Below are positions 36,325 to 46,870 of a stretch of DNA of 64,000 bases, piece after piece. The first letter of the stretch is position 1. The number at the start of each line of letters is the position of its first letter. Location of the stretch: the NCBI GenBank assembly GCA_038231435.1, contig JBBRLJ010000006.1:1-64000 (forward strand), given 5' to 3'. Under the pieces are notes generated by a model. The model worked only from the letters and a program-made list of their open reading frames with translations. It searched no databases and was not told where the DNA came from. Source of the DNA: Planctomycetota bacterium. GTDB lineage: Bacteria; Planctomycetota; UBA11346. Made by a program: the position numbers and the translations under genes.

Positions 36325-37050
36325 TCAGAAACGCCAGCCGACTTCGCCGCCGAATCCGAATCCGTCGCGGTCTAGGGTGAGCTTGCTCTTGCCGCCATTG
36401 GAGAGGTCAATGTCGACCTGGCCGGATCCGGCGACGTAGAAGCCGGTGATGCCGGCGATCACGTGGCGCTCGGTGACGAAGGCGCCGGCGCGCACGCCGT
36501 ATTCGTAGAAATATCCGAAGCCGCTGAAACGCTCGAGGTTGCCCGCGGAGTTCAACCCGGCGGTTTCGCCGTACGCGCCGCCGCCGCCCGCGAAGGGAGC
36601 GAGCTCGCCGTAGAATGAGAATTCCTCGGGATCCTGGCTCGACCACCAGCCGACTCCCGCGGAGAAATCGACGCCAGCGGTGCCCGAGCGCAGTTTCTGC
36701 GAGCCCGTCGAGAATACCGTGCCGTTGTCCTGCACGATCTGGGCGGGGGTGCTGTCGTAGCGCGCCACGGGCAGCGACAGGCCGAGGACCAGGCTGCCGC
36801 CGCACGGATGGAGGCAGCCGCCGAATGCGGCGATCTCGCCCTGGACGCCGTGGGACTTGGCGCCCTGCCAATCGAAGCGTGAAGAAGCGCCTCCGGAGGT
36901 CACCTTCTCGGTGATGTCCGGGCTCGGCGAGCTGCTCACGCCGATGCGCAGGTCGAGGAAGTGGGCACGCTCGTCATCGACGGCGAAGCATCCCGAGGAG
37001 ACGGCGAGGAGGAGGGCCGAGGCCGAGAACCGAAGGTACGGGTAAGACAT
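36325..37050 (-). CDS. Putative outer-membrane beta-barrel protein
   Basis: Signal peptide, alternating beta strands, terminal GEVGWRF beta-signal. Confidence 0.7.
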   Translation of the reverse strand: MSYPYLRFSASALLLAVSSGCFAVDDERAHFLDLRIGVSSSPSPDITEKVTSGGASSRFDWQGAKSHGVQGEIAAFGGCLHPCGGSLVLGLSLPVARYDSTPAQIVQDNGTVFSTGSQKLRSGTAGVDFSAGVGWWSSQDPEEFSFYGELAPFAGGGGAYGETAGLNSAGNLERFSGFGYFYEYGVRAGAFVTERHVIAGITGFYVAGSGQVDIDLSNGGKSKLTLDRDGFGFGGEVGWRF

Positions 37051-37100
37051 CCACGCTCCGAGGGTAGCGGCCGGTGGGACCGCGCAGTTGACCCGTCGCT

Positions 37101-37129
37101 TCCGTCGCCATGAGTGTAATGGCGACGGA
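37101..37129. promoter_or_regulatory. Inverted repeat (operator or hairpin)
   Basis: TCCGTCGCCAT-N7-ATGGCGACGGA. Confidence 0.4.
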
Positions 37130-37217
37130 GACAGCAGGTTATCTACGTGCATATACAACGCCGGGCCTCAAACCGCAATAAGCAAGCGGTCGCGCCAGAA
37201 GCTTGCACGCCAATCAC

Positions 37218-38513
37218 TTAGGGGTCGGTCATGACCGATCTGATCTCGGCCTCGCAGCACAGTTGGCCATCCACCAGGATCTTCCCCTGGCAGGCGCTCA
37301 TGCGCGAGCGCATGCGCAGGACGTCGACCTCGATGCGCAGGGTGTCGCCTGGGTGCACCGGACGGCGGAACTTCACCCGGTCCATGCTCATCAGGTAGGG
37401 GATCTTGCCTTTGTTCTCTGGCTGGCTCATCAGCAGGATCGCCCCGACCTGGGCGATCGATTCGAGCTGCAGCACGCCGGGCATCACCGGCATGCCCGGG
37501 AAGTGCCCTTGGAAGAACGGCTCGTTCACGGTCACGTTCTTGAGGCCGACGATCATCGAGCCGGGGACGTAGTCGATGATGCGGTCGACGAGCAGGAAGG
37601 GATAGCGGTGCGGCAGCAGCTCGAGCACCTTGCGGATGTCGAACACCAGCTTGGGCTTGGCAGCCGCCTCGATGCGGCGGTTGATCTCCTGGACCAGGAG
37701 CATGTTCTCGCGATGGCCAGTGCGCACCGCGATGACATGGGCGTTGAGCTTGCGGGTGGCGTGGGCGAGGTCGCCGATCAGATCGAGGATCTTGTGGCGC
37801 GCAGCCTCATCGGTGAAGCGCAACTGGTTGTCGATGACGCGGGTGCCGTCGTAGACGCAGGTGTTCTGGTAGTTCGCGCCCTTGCCCAGGCCCATGGCGC
37901 GCAGCGCCTCGACCTCCTTGGCCAGGCAGAAGGTGCGCGCGGGGGCGATCTGCTCGGCGAATGAACGCTCGTTGAGCTCGACCTCGACCACCTGGGCCCC
38001 CTTCAGGGCGCCGCCATGGTCATCCAAGGTATAGGTGATCTTGAGCCCCGCCTTGTAGGGCAGCGCGACGATCGAGTTATGGCCGTCGCTCACCGAGATC
38101 GGCTCGGTCAGGTCGAAGGTCAGGCGCGTTTCGGCCTGCTCGACGATGCCGGCGCCGTGGAGGCAGTCGACGAAGTCCTTGGCCGAGCCGTCGAGTCCGG
38201 GCAATTCCACCGCGTTCAGCTCGATGCGCAGGTTGTCGATGCCCAGGCCCTGGCAGGCGGCCAGGAAGTGCTCGGTGGTGTGGACCTCGACCTCGTGGCC
38301 GTCGACGACCGCGGCGATGGCGGTGCGGCGCATGCGCTGGCACAGCCGGCTGGGATGGGCGACGATGGCCGGCGAGCCGGCGAGATCGGTGCGAACGAAC
38401 GTCATGCCGGTGTTGGCTGCCGCCGGCTTGAACACCACCGTGCACGGTTCGCCCGAATGCAGCCCGATGCCCGAGACGCTCGCTTCCTTCGCGATGGTGC
38501 GTTGGGCGGTCAT
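37218..38513 (-). CDS. lpxC-fabZ: Bifunctional LpxC / FabZ
   Basis: QRTI, GIGLHSG, TTEHFLAA, RHKILDLIGDL, then LPHRYPFLLVDR, FFQGHFPGMPVMPGV. Confidence 0.96.
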   Translation of the reverse strand: MTAQRTIAKEASVSGIGLHSGEPCTVVFKPAAANTGMTFVRTDLAGSPAIVAHPSRLCQRMRRTAIAAVVDGHEVEVHTTEHFLAACQGLGIDNLRIELNAVELPGLDGSAKDFVDCLHGAGIVEQAETRLTFDLTEPISVSDGHNSIVALPYKAGLKITYTLDDHGGALKGAQVVEVELNERSFAEQIAPARTFCLAKEVEALRAMGLGKGANYQNTCVYDGTRVIDNQLRFTDEAARHKILDLIGDLAHATRKLNAHVIAVRTGHRENMLLVQEINRRIEAAAKPKLVFDIRKVLELLPHRYPFLLVDRIIDYVPGSMIVGLKNVTVNEPFFQGHFPGMPVMPGVLQLESIAQVGAILLMSQPENKGKIPYLMSMDRVKFRRPVHPGDTLRIEVDVLRMRSRMSACQGKILVDGQLCCEAEIRSVMTDP

Positions 38514-38556
38514 GCGGGCTCTCGCCTGGATGGCGGCGCGCGGCGTGCGGCAGTCC

Positions 38557-39627
38557 TCACGGCTTCTTCCCTAATTCCGCCAGGCGCTTCTCGAGCTCCG
38601 AGACCCGCGCCAGCAGCTCCTTCACTTGCGCCTGGGTACCAGGTAGCCGGCGCAACGCGATCTCGGACGCCTGCGCGGATTTGATCTCCTGCGCCGGGAT
38701 GCCGCGCACCACCATCTTCGGCGGCACGCTCTTCGACACGCCGGACATGGCGGTGACGATCGCCTGGTCACCGATGGTGACGTGGCCGACGATGCCGGCC
38801 TGGCCGGCGATGGTCACGTGGTTGCCGAGGCGCGTCGAGCCGGCGATGCCCACCTGCGAGATGACGATGCAGTGGCTGCCGGTCTCGACGTTGTGGGCGA
38901 TCTGCACCAGGTTGTCGATCTTGGTTCCCTTGCCGATCTTGGTCTTGCCGAAGCGCGCGCGGTCGATCGCGGTGTTGGCGCCGATCTCGACGTCGTCCTC
39001 GACGACCACGGTGCCGACTTGTGGGATCTTGTGGTGCACGCCCTCGACCGAGGCGTAGCCGAAGCCGTCCGAGCCGATGACCGCCCCGCTGTGGACGATC
39101 ACGCGGCTGCCGAGCCGACAGCGCTCGCGGATGCTCACCTGCGGGTAGATCAGGCAGTCGCTGCCCAGCGCGGCCTCGACGCCGATATAGACGTGGGGGT
39201 AGAGGATGGTGTTGTCGCCGATCTCGGCCTGGTCGCCGATGACCACGTAGGCGCCGATCGCGACGTTCTTGCCCAGGCGCACGCGCTCGCCGATCACGGC
39301 CGTGGCATGCACGCCCGGCGGCGGCGGAACCGCCCGCGGCCCGAAGGTGGCGACCACCTTGGCGAAGGCGAAATCCGCGTTCGCGACCACGATCTGCGCG
39401 AGCGAGCCTCCGCGGCTGGCGGCCTCGGGCTGCGCCGCGGTGACCAGCACCGCGGTGGCGCGGGTCTCGGCCACGTACTGCGCGTACTTGGGATTGGCCA
39501 GGAAGCTGATGTCGCCGGGGCTCGCCTCGCTGAGGCTGGAGATGCCGGTGATCACCTGGTCGCCATCGCCGATCACGGTGCCGCCGACGACCCCGGCGAT
39601 GTCGCGCACGGTCACCCGCATGGTCAT
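38557..39627 (-). CDS. lpxD: UDP-3-O-acylglucosamine N-acyltransferase
   Basis: ISFLANPKY, hexapeptide repeats, [24 protein letters not shown]. Confidence 0.96.
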   Translation of the reverse strand: MTMRVTVRDIAGVVGGTVIGDGDQVITGISSLSEASPGDISFLANPKYAQYVAETRATAVLVTAAQPEAASRGGSLAQIVVANADFAFAKVVATFGPRAVPPPPGVHATAVIGERVRLGKNVAIGAYVVIGDQAEIGDNTILYPHVYIGVEAALGSDCLIYPQVSIRERCRLGSRVIVHSGAVIGSDGFGYASVEGVHHKIPQVGTVVVEDDVEIGANTAIDRARFGKTKIGKGTKIDNLVQIAHNVETGSHCIVISQVGIAGSTRLGNHVTIAGQAGIVGHVTIGDQAIVTAMSGVSKSVPPKMVVRGIPAQEIKSAQASEIALRRLPGTQAQVKELLARVSELEKRLAELGKKP

Positions 39628-40352
39628 TTTGGCGGTGCCGGAGCCGGCGCCGGTTCCTTGGTCCCGTTGGAAACCGGATCCTTGGGCGTCGCGTCCTTCG
39701 CTGGCGCATCCTTCGCCGGCGCATCCTTGGATACGGGCTCCTTGGTGCTCTCGGCGATCCAGCGTTCATTCAGGTACTGGATGAACGCGTCGGTGATGTC
39801 GAGCGACGGATCGAAGTAGAGCACCGACTGCGCGAACAACTGCTGGTTGATGTCCATGTTGCTGTTGGCGTTGATCTCAGGATTCGGAGCGAGGTGCACA
39901 AGCTTGATGCCGCGCTCCTGGCAGAACACCTGCAGATTGCCGCGCAGCGTCGCGTACGAATCCTTCACCAGGGCCGCGCGCTGGCGGGCGATGTCCAGGT
40001 TGCCGCGCTCGACCATCATCTTCTCGCGCTGGCGCGTGAGCTCGAAGTCCATCTTCAGGTCGGCGAAGGCCTTGCTGTCCTCCTTCATCACCTGGAGCTT
40101 GGACTCGAGATCCGCGAGGTGCTCCTCCATCTTCTTGATCTCGACCTGGCCCTCGGCGACGACCTGCTTGAGCTTGTCCATGCCCCCGGTGTAGAGCTTG
40201 AACGCCATCAGCGTGTCCTCGAGCCGCAGCACTGCGATGCGCGGCGCCTCGGGCTTGGACTCCACCGCCCGGGCGACCGTCGCGCAGCACAGGCTCAGCG
40301 CCATCGCCAACATGAACGGCATCGGGAACAGGGTCGTGCTCATCGCTCGCAT
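39624..40352 (-). CDS. skp: OmpH/Skp outer membrane chaperone
   Basis: Between bamA and lpxD; signal peptide, RIAV, coiled coil, VLY...DIT. Confidence 0.8.
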   Translation of the reverse strand: MRAMSTTLFPMPFMLAMALSLCCATVARAVESKPEAPRIAVLRLEDTLMAFKLYTGGMDKLKQVVAEGQVEIKKMEEHLADLESKLQVMKEDSKAFADLKMDFELTRQREKMMVERGNLDIARQRAALVKDSYATLRGNLQVFCQERGIKLVHLAPNPEINANSNMDINQQLFAQSVLYFDPSLDITDAFIQYLNERWIAESTKEPVSKDAPAKDAPAKDATPKDPVSNGTKEPAPAPAPPK

Positions 40353-40413
40353 GGTCGGTCCTTCGGGGTCGCCGGATGCTAGACCGGGCCCCCGCATGGT
40401 CCAGCGCGGCCCG

Positions 40414-40678
40414 CCCCCTTCTGCAGACAGGGCTGCCAGCCGCCGCAGGCGGCTGAGTCGGCGCGCCCCGCGACGACCAAGCGCGCAGCGCGCAGCGGCC
40501 CGTTCTGTCTCCGCGTGCGCGGGTAACGCCTCGACAGCGCAATGGGGGGCAGCGCCGAAGGCGCGTTGATGGGGGGATCGTCCTCGATCCCCCCATCTGC
40601 AGACAGAGCTGCCAGCCGGCGCAGGCGGCTGAGTCGACGCGCCCCGCGACGACCAAGCGCGCAGCGCGCAGCAGCCCG
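40414..40678. repeat. Structured repeat family B: two direct copies around a central hairpin module
   Basis: 40414-40502 and 40590-40678 near-identical; central 40543-40595 resembles the reverse complement of the 54581 and 56526 repeats. Confidence 0.85.
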
Positions 40679-40685
40679 CGAAGTC

Positions 40686-43109
40686 CTAGAAGCGGATGTT
40701 CCCCAGCCCGAAATGCACCTGCGTCTGCGACTCGCCGTAGCCCGGATTCACCAGCCACGCGAAGTCGAGCGCGACCGGGATCTGGATCGGGAAGCGGATG
40801 CCGAAGCCGAAGGCGGTGCGCAGATCGTGGAAGTCGACCGCCTGCTCCTGCCCCCACACGTTGCCGCAGTCCGCGAAGACGATGGCACGCACGCCTTCGT
40901 TGGTCATCTGCACCGGCACCGAGAGCTCGAGCGTGGCCAGCGCGTTGCGCGTGCCGCCGTAGCGGGTCAGGAAACCGTTGGCGTTGATCTGCTCGGGGCT
41001 GAGGTCGTCGTAGTCGAAGCCGCGATGGCGCGGCGCCGGTCCACCGTCGCGGTAGCGCTGGTAGAACGGCACGGTGGGCGAGGAATCGATCGGGTCTTCC
41101 TGGCGCCAACGCCCGGACAGTCGGAAGTAGGTCACGCCGCCGTCCTCGAACTCCGCCACCGGCAGGAAACCGTCGCCCTTGCCGGTGAGCTCGGTGTAGT
41201 TCGCCGACGAATCCATGACGTCGCCGGTGACGCTCTCGGACGCGCTGAGCTGGTAACCCGAGGTCGGACTGTTGCGGTCCGGCTTCAAACGATCGTAGCT
41301 CTGGCCGAGCGTCCAGGTGTTGAGGAAGTAGTGCCCTCCCACCGCGTCATCCGCCGCGGTCGGCAGCACGTTGGTGATCTTCAGGTCGGTGTAGTTGTAT
41401 CCGAGACTGAGGCTCAACCGGTTGTTGAGGAAGTAGCGCCCGGCCGTTCCGGAAGTGGAGATGCGCACCTCGTCCCACTCGCGCAGCGTCGAGTCGCTGC
41501 GGCTGATGGTGCCGGACAGCGAGTAGGGGCCGTCGAGGACATGCGGATTCGTCCAGCTGGTCGACACCGACTTGGCTGGTTTCGACCAACTCGCCTGGAA
41601 TTCGAGGGTCTGGTTGGCGCCCCGGAAATGGTCGATGCCGCCGGTGACGAATCCGAGCAGGTCGAAGTTGCGTTCGGTATAGCCGAGCGAGCCGAAGATC
41701 TTGGTCGCCGAGCTGTAGCCCACCTGGAAATTCAGCGAGCCGGTGCTCTCCTCGTCGACGTTCACGATCAGGTCCGCCTCGTCCGGCCGGTCGTCGGGGA
41801 AATCCGGCTCGATCGCCAGGGGGCGCGGCAGGCCAGCCTTGAACACGCCGGTTCGCCGCACCTGGTCGAGCGATTCGTCCTTGGCGTCGTCGTTCCACAG
41901 ATCGCCTGGATGCAGGAACATCGCGCGCCGAACCACCGCATCGCGGGTATGCTCGTTGCCGTGCACATCGACGCGGCCGATCTTGTATTTGCGGCCTTCG
42001 AAGACGTGCAGCACCAGGTCGACGATGTGGTTCTTCACGTCCAGCCGGCGGTCGACGCGCAGATCGCAGCGCGCGTAGCCCTGGTTGCTGATTACCCGCC
42101 GCGAATGCTCGATCGCGCCCTTGTCGCCGCCCGGACGCGGCTCTCCGTAGAGGTCGTCGCGCTTGTACCAGGCCCCCTCGGGCATGCCGAAGGCCGAGCG
42201 CATCTGCTCCTGCGTCGCCACCGTGTTGTCGACGAAGCCGACCTTGCCGAGCCGATAGCGCTCGCCGGGCTCCACGATGTAGGTGAGCACCATGCGGTCG
42301 TTGTAGTAGCCGTCCGGGGCGAATTCCGGCCCGTGGCGCCGCCGTTCCTCGACCGGACGCACGTAGTCGGCCACCTCACGGCGGGTCTCGATCAGCCGCG
42401 CGTCGAGCCAGCCGAGATCCTGGAGCTTGCGCACCACCGCCTCTTGGTCGATCTGGACCAGTTCTGGCTGGTACGCGGCGCCGCGCGGCATCAGCAGCAC
42501 CTTGTCGATGACGCGCGGGCGCGCGCCGTCGGGCAGGCCGATGTAGTTGACCTGCGCGACCTTCACCTCCTGCCCGAGGTTGACCGAGAAGACCACGCTG
42601 ATCGAGCCGCGGTCCTCGTTCTGGTCGGTATGCACGCGGCACCAGCGATCGCCGCGGTCCTGGAACAGGCGCTCGAGGGCGCGACGGTCGTTCTCGAGCA
42701 GCAGCTCGTTGAGATAGCTGCCGGACCTGGTGGTCACCACCTTCTCGGCCTTCTCCTTGTCGAAGTAGTCGAGGCCTTCGAAGGCGACCTTGGCGACGTA
42801 CGGCAGTTCACGGAAGCGGTAGACGACGGTGACCTCGCGCCCGTCATCGCTGCGGCGGAGCTCGCTGCGGGTGCCGGTGAACGGCCCCATGGTCTCGATC
42901 GCGCGCACGTCGTCGGCCACCGCTTCGTGCAGCTGGCGCTCGGTGTAGGTCTTGGTCGAGCGCACCTCGAGCAGGAAGCGGATGCGCTCCTGGTTCACGT
43001 GGTGGTTGCCTTCGACGATGACGTCCTTCACGACCAGCGTCGGATCCGCGGCGAAAGCGGCCGCGCAAGCGAGGCTGGGAAGCAGGAACGTCAGCCTCAG
43101 TGCGGCCAA
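40686..43109 (-). CDS. bamA: Outer membrane protein assembly factor BamA
   Basis: POTRA repeats ([19 protein letters not shown]), [16 protein letters not shown] loop, terminal F; TTG start uncertain. Confidence 0.93.
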   Translation of the reverse strand: MAALRLTFLLPSLACAAAFAADPTLVVKDVIVEGNHHVNQERIRFLLEVRSTKTYTERQLHEAVADDVRAIETMGPFTGTRSELRRSDDGREVTVVYRFRELPYVAKVAFEGLDYFDKEKAEKVVTTRSGSYLNELLLENDRRALERLFQDRGDRWCRVHTDQNEDRGSISVVFSVNLGQEVKVAQVNYIGLPDGARPRVIDKVLLMPRGAAYQPELVQIDQEAVVRKLQDLGWLDARLIETRREVADYVRPVEERRRHGPEFAPDGYYNDRMVLTYIVEPGERYRLGKVGFVDNTVATQEQMRSAFGMPEGAWYKRDDLYGEPRPGGDKGAIEHSRRVISNQGYARCDLRVDRRLDVKNHIVDLVLHVFEGRKYKIGRVDVHGNEHTRDAVVRRAMFLHPGDLWNDDAKDESLDQVRRTGVFKAGLPRPLAIEPDFPDDRPDEADLIVNVDEESTGSLNFQVGYSSATKIFGSLGYTERNFDLLGFVTGGIDHFRGANQTLEFQASWSKPAKSVSTSWTNPHVLDGPYSLSGTISRSDSTLREWDEVRISTSGTAGRYFLNNRLSLSLGYNYTDLKITNVLPTAADDAVGGHYFLNTWTLGQSYDRLKPDRNSPTSGYQLSASESVTGDVMDSSANYTELTGKGDGFLPVAEFEDGGVTYFRLSGRWRQEDPIDSSPTVPFYQRYRDGGPAPRHRGFDYDDLSPEQINANGFLTRYGGTRNALATLELSVPVQMTNEGVRAIVFADCGNVWGQEQAVDFHDLRTAFGFGIRFPIQIPVALDFAWLVNPGYGESQTQVHFGLGNIRF

Positions 43110-43258
43110 AGGCTCTCCGGGGAGCCGGGATGGTAGGCGAGACCCGCCCGGGGCAAGACGGGGCGGGTCGTGGAGCACCGATGAGCCGGGTCCGGCCATT
43201 CCGGAGCGGCGCCGGCCAGAATCCATTCCGGCCCACTTGGGGCGCGCTAGCGTCGAGC

Positions 43259-44269
43259 ATGGCCGAGCCGCTGCTGACCGTCCGTGGGCTGAAGAAACTC
43301 TTCCCGATCCGCAAGGGCGTGCTCGGTCGGGTCGTGGGCCACGTGCGCGCGGTGGACGGCGTCGATCTCGACCTCGATGCCGGCAGCGCGCTGGGCCTGG
43401 TCGGCGAATCGGGCTGCGGCAAGACCACTACCGGCCGCTGCCTGCTGCGCCTGGTCGAGCCCACCGCGGGCTCGGTGCGCTTCGCCGGCGAGGACCTGCT
43501 CGCGATGCCGCAGCGACGGCTGCGGCCGTTTAGGCGCCACCTGCAGATGATCTTCCAGGATCCCTACGGCAGCCTGAACCCGCGCATGACCATCGGCGAC
43601 ATCCTCGCCGAGCCGCTGATCGTCCACGGCCTGGCGCGACGCAAGGACGCCTGGGACCAGGCCGCGGCGCTGATGACGCGCGTCGGCATGCCGCCCGAGC
43701 GGCTCGGCGACTACCCGCACCAGTTCTCGGGCGGCCAGCGCCAACGCATCGGCATCGCGCGCGCCCTCGCGCTCAAGCCCAAGCTGATCGTCTGCGACGA
43801 GCCGGTCTCGGCCCTCGACGTGTCGGTCCAGGCGCAGGTGCTGAACCTGCTCAAGGAGCTCCAGGAGGAGTTCGGCATCGCCTACCTGTTCATCTCGCAC
43901 GACTTGGCGGTGGTCGCCCACCTGTGCGCGCGCGTCGCGGTGATGTACCTGGGAGAGATCGTGGAAGTCGGCCCGGTGTCGGCGATCTACGACACCCCCC
44001 TGCACCCGTACACGCAGGCGCTGCTGTCCGCGATCCCGTCGGGGATACCCGGCGGCAGCGGCAAGCGCATCATCCTCGAGGGCGATCCTCCGAGTCCTCT
44101 CGAGCCGAGCTCGGCGAAGCGCTTCGTCGGCAGGTTCCCGAAGCACGCGGCCGCGTTCACCGAGGGCGAGATCCGCCTGCGCGAAGCCGATCCGGGGCAT
44201 TTCGTGCGCTGTGCGAATCTCGATGCGCTGCGTAGCCTGGCGGCGCGCGGCGCCGAGGCTTGGGCCTGA
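43259..44269 (+). CDS. Oligopeptide/dipeptide ABC transporter ATP-binding protein (OppF/DppF-like)
   Basis: [44 protein letters not shown]. Confidence 0.94.
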   Translation: MAEPLLTVRGLKKLFPIRKGVLGRVVGHVRAVDGVDLDLDAGSALGLVGESGCGKTTTGRCLLRLVEPTAGSVRFAGEDLLAMPQRRLRPFRRHLQMIFQDPYGSLNPRMTIGDILAEPLIVHGLARRKDAWDQAAALMTRVGMPPERLGDYPHQFSGGQRQRIGIARALALKPKLIVCDEPVSALDVSVQAQVLNLLKELQEEFGIAYLFISHDLAVVAHLCARVAVMYLGEIVEVGPVSAIYDTPLHPYTQALLSAIPSGIPGGSGKRIILEGDPPSPLEPSSAKRFVGRFPKHAAAFTEGEIRLREADPGHFVRCANLDALRSLAARGAEAWA

Positions 44270-44275
44270 GCGAGC

Positions 44276-45442
44276 CTAGCCCGCCGACCGGTCCCCGAAG
44301 CGCAATACCACCCATGCGCCGCGATCCGCTGAACCGCGGCACGCGTGCAGTTCGCGGCGCGCCGGCACCGCCACCACGCAAGCGTTGGTGCTGGTGCCCT
44401 GGTTGTCCTCGGCGAAGCGGTTCACCGAATCGACTCCGTCACTGCGATCCGCGAACACGCGCTTGAGCGATTCCACCGACTGTTTTCCGGTGGTGATGGA
44501 TGCGCCCGTGCGGGCCAGGCGCGCCAACGACGATGACGTCGGCGGCTCGCCCTCGATGCGGCGATGCGCATCATCCAGGCAATGGTTGGTGCGCGCGAGC
44601 GGCGCCTCGGCGACGCGGTGGACGCAGCGCTCGACCGAGCATTCGAAGTCCTCGGCGCCGGCGGCGTCGGCGATCCAATAGGTGTGCGCGGCGGCGCGCG
44701 GCGCATCTCCGATCACCGCGGCGGCCTCGGCGCGGGTGTGCGAGCCTAGCGCGCGGTGCAGGATCGACAGGTAGGGCACGCCCACGCGCGCGCCGCGGGT
44801 CTTGATGTTGGTGGTGCCCACCGCCACGCCGTGCTCGTTCATGCCGATCAACGACGGGCAGCCCGCGCAGGTGATGCTCCAGGTCTCGGGGGCGCCCGTC
44901 GGGCGGCGATGCACGGCGACCACGAAGTCGAGGTCGGTGGGATTCAGATCCCAGGTCTGCGCGGCGATGACCTCGCCACCGGCCGTCGCTCGGCCCGGAA
45001 GCAGGAGCGCGGTGCAGCCCTCGCCGTCGACCTTCGGCGCGTGATGTCCAGAGGCGTGACCCCCGGCGTGCGGAGCGTGCGGCTTATGGCCGTGGCCGAT
45101 CACCGCCTCGCGATCGAGGGGAAAGGTCACGACGTCGCGGAGGTCGGTGTAGTTGGCGGCGGTGTAGAGCTCGTCGACGGGGATGCCGGCGCCCTCGGCC
45201 ACGCCACGGTGCTCGAGCCAGCCCTCGTGGTCCCACTGCTTGAGCTGCTCCAGGCAGCGGCGGCCGAGATCGCTGATCGCCGCGGCGTCGCGGATGCCGC
45301 GCTCGCGCAGGTAAGCCTTCGCCGCGCGCTGGCGCTGCGCGACGAATTCGCGCGCCATGCCGGCGACCGCCGCGCCATATGCACGGCCCATGGCCTCGGT
45401 CGAGCCGGAGACAGTGATCAGGGGGAGTTCGAGCAGGGACAT
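44276..45442 (-). CDS. C45 family Ntn-hydrolase / acyltransferase
   Basis: MGRAYG, EG|CT autocleavage site, AQTWD, IGMNEHG, RTNH. Confidence 0.88.
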   Translation of the reverse strand: MSLLELPLITVSGSTEAMGRAYGAAVAGMAREFVAQRQRAAKAYLRERGIRDAAAISDLGRRCLEQLKQWDHEGWLEHRGVAEGAGIPVDELYTAANYTDLRDVVTFPLDREAVIGHGHKPHAPHAGGHASGHHAPKVDGEGCTALLLPGRATAGGEVIAAQTWDLNPTDLDFVVAVHRRPTGAPETWSITCAGCPSLIGMNEHGVAVGTTNIKTRGARVGVPYLSILHRALGSHTRAEAAAVIGDAPRAAAHTYWIADAAGAEDFECSVERCVHRVAEAPLARTNHCLDDAHRRIEGEPPTSSSLARLARTGASITTGKQSVESLKRVFADRSDGVDSVNRFAEDNQGTSTNACVVAVPARRELHACRGSADRGAWVVLRFGDRSAG

Positions 45443-45538
45443 CCCCCGAGTCTATCCGGGCGGGGCGCGGGACAAATCGGCATTGTCCATGTCGCACACG
45501 CGGTCTGGCCAGGAGGAGACCAAGACGCTGGAAGACGG

Positions 45539-45628
45539 AAGGGGGAAGGCCGACGGCACGGAGTGGTGTCCGCTGTATTCACTCTTCACTCTTCACTCTT
45601 CGGTCTTCGGTCTTCGGCCTTCCCCCTT
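45539..45628. repeat. Heptamer tract bounded by a 15-bp inverted repeat
   Basis: AAGGGGGAAGGCCGA / TCGGCCTTCCCCCTT; (TTCACTC)x3 (TTCGGTC)x2 TTCGGCC. Confidence 0.8.
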
Positions 45629-45646
45629 GCCCCCGTTCTCCCCCTC

Positions 45647-46684
45647 CTACCAGTCCAACGGCATCGCCCAGCACGGCGATCCGGGCTCCAGGCCCAGGCG
45701 ATGCGAGAGTTCGTGATAGAGCCGCAGGCCCTCGGAGGTGATCTCGCACGGGGCGGACAGGAAGCAGTGGCTGGCGGGATTGGCGACGAGGTGCATCGGC
45801 AGCGCGACGCCCTTGGCCACGAGCGGCGGCAGATCGAGCCGCACCAGCCGGCGGCTGCGCTGGATCGGCTTGATCTCGCTGACCAGCGCGCCGTCGTGCG
45901 GGCCGGCATCGAAGGGATCGACGGTGCCGAGGTACTTGAATCCTGCGCGCGTCAGCAGCGAACGCACCGGGGTGGTCGCCGGGCCCTCGTGGCCGATCAG
46001 TTCACGCGCCTCGGGCGGCAGCAGATCGACGACGATCTCCTCATGGGGGAAGAACGCGTCGATGAATTCCTTGTCGCTGCGGCACAGCAGATCGGCGCGG
46101 TAGTAGTCGAGGCCGGTGAGCGGCGCGCCGACCGAATCCCAGAAGGCATTGCCGCCGTCCTCGCGCCGCGGCGGCAGAAGCTCGGCGAGCAGACGACGGC
46201 AGAAGCGCTCGGGGTGCATCGCCACCAGCAGCAGGCGCGCCGCGACCAGCAGCTTGCCGACGCCGTGCCCGCGCGCCTCGGGGTGCACGACCAGCCCGCC
46301 GAACTCGGTCCACGGCTCGGTGTCCTTGCCGAGCTTGAGCAGACGTCGGGTGCGATCGGCGTTCAGTTGCCGGCTGTGCACGACCTGGTCGACCACCTTG
46401 AGGAAGTAGTGCGGCTCGTCGGGCATGCCGTGGTAGGCGAACAGGCTGCCGGTGCCGAGCAGCTTCTCGGGCCCACCGCCATCGGGCTCGCGCACCGCCA
46501 CGAAGGTGTAGCTGGCATGGCGCGGGTCGACGCCGGCGTAGCTCTTCTCGCTGTCCGCGATGAGCTTGCCGATCGCGGCGGGATCATCCGGCAGATTCAC
46601 GGTGTCCAGCAGGTCGGCGAGCGCGAGCAGCTGCGCGGCGTCCTCGGCGCGCGCCGGCCTGATGATCACCGGATTGCTGGGCAT
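45647..46684 (-). CDS. astA: Arginine N-succinyltransferase
   Basis: IRPA, NLP, GKLL..ARLL, FWD, DPFDAGP; clustered with astB and astD. Confidence 0.88.
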   Translation of the reverse strand: MPSNPVIIRPARAEDAAQLLALADLLDTVNLPDDPAAIGKLIADSEKSYAGVDPRHASYTFVAVREPDGGGPEKLLGTGSLFAYHGMPDEPHYFLKVVDQVVHSRQLNADRTRRLLKLGKDTEPWTEFGGLVVHPEARGHGVGKLLVAARLLLVAMHPERFCRRLLAELLPPRREDGGNAFWDSVGAPLTGLDYYRADLLCRSDKEFIDAFFPHEEIVVDLLPPEARELIGHEGPATTPVRSLLTRAGFKYLGTVDPFDAGPHDGALVSEIKPIQRSRRLVRLDLPPLVAKGVALPMHLVANPASHCFLSAPCEITSEGLRLYHELSHRLGLEPGSPCWAMPLDW

Positions 46685-46870
46685 CGCCCTCCTTGTACGC
46701 GGCGGTGGCGGAGAGCCAAGACGGCAGGCCACACCAGTCTACGCCGTTGATCCGCCTGTGGCGTGCTCCCGACACCTGATGCCACCAACTCGCACCCCGT
46801 CATGCCGTTCGCTGTCCGTCGTCTGCTTTCGGCTTTCTCCTTCCTGCTTAAAGCTCTCCGCTCTTCCCCC

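Noticed and set aside
37180..37200. Sigma54 promoter on the minus strand
   Set aside because: GG-to-GC spacing is 11 nt rather than the required 10
39660..39745. KDAPA repeats in the Skp tail (also RDSA in the MutL linker)
   Set aside because: Ordinary low-complexity linkers
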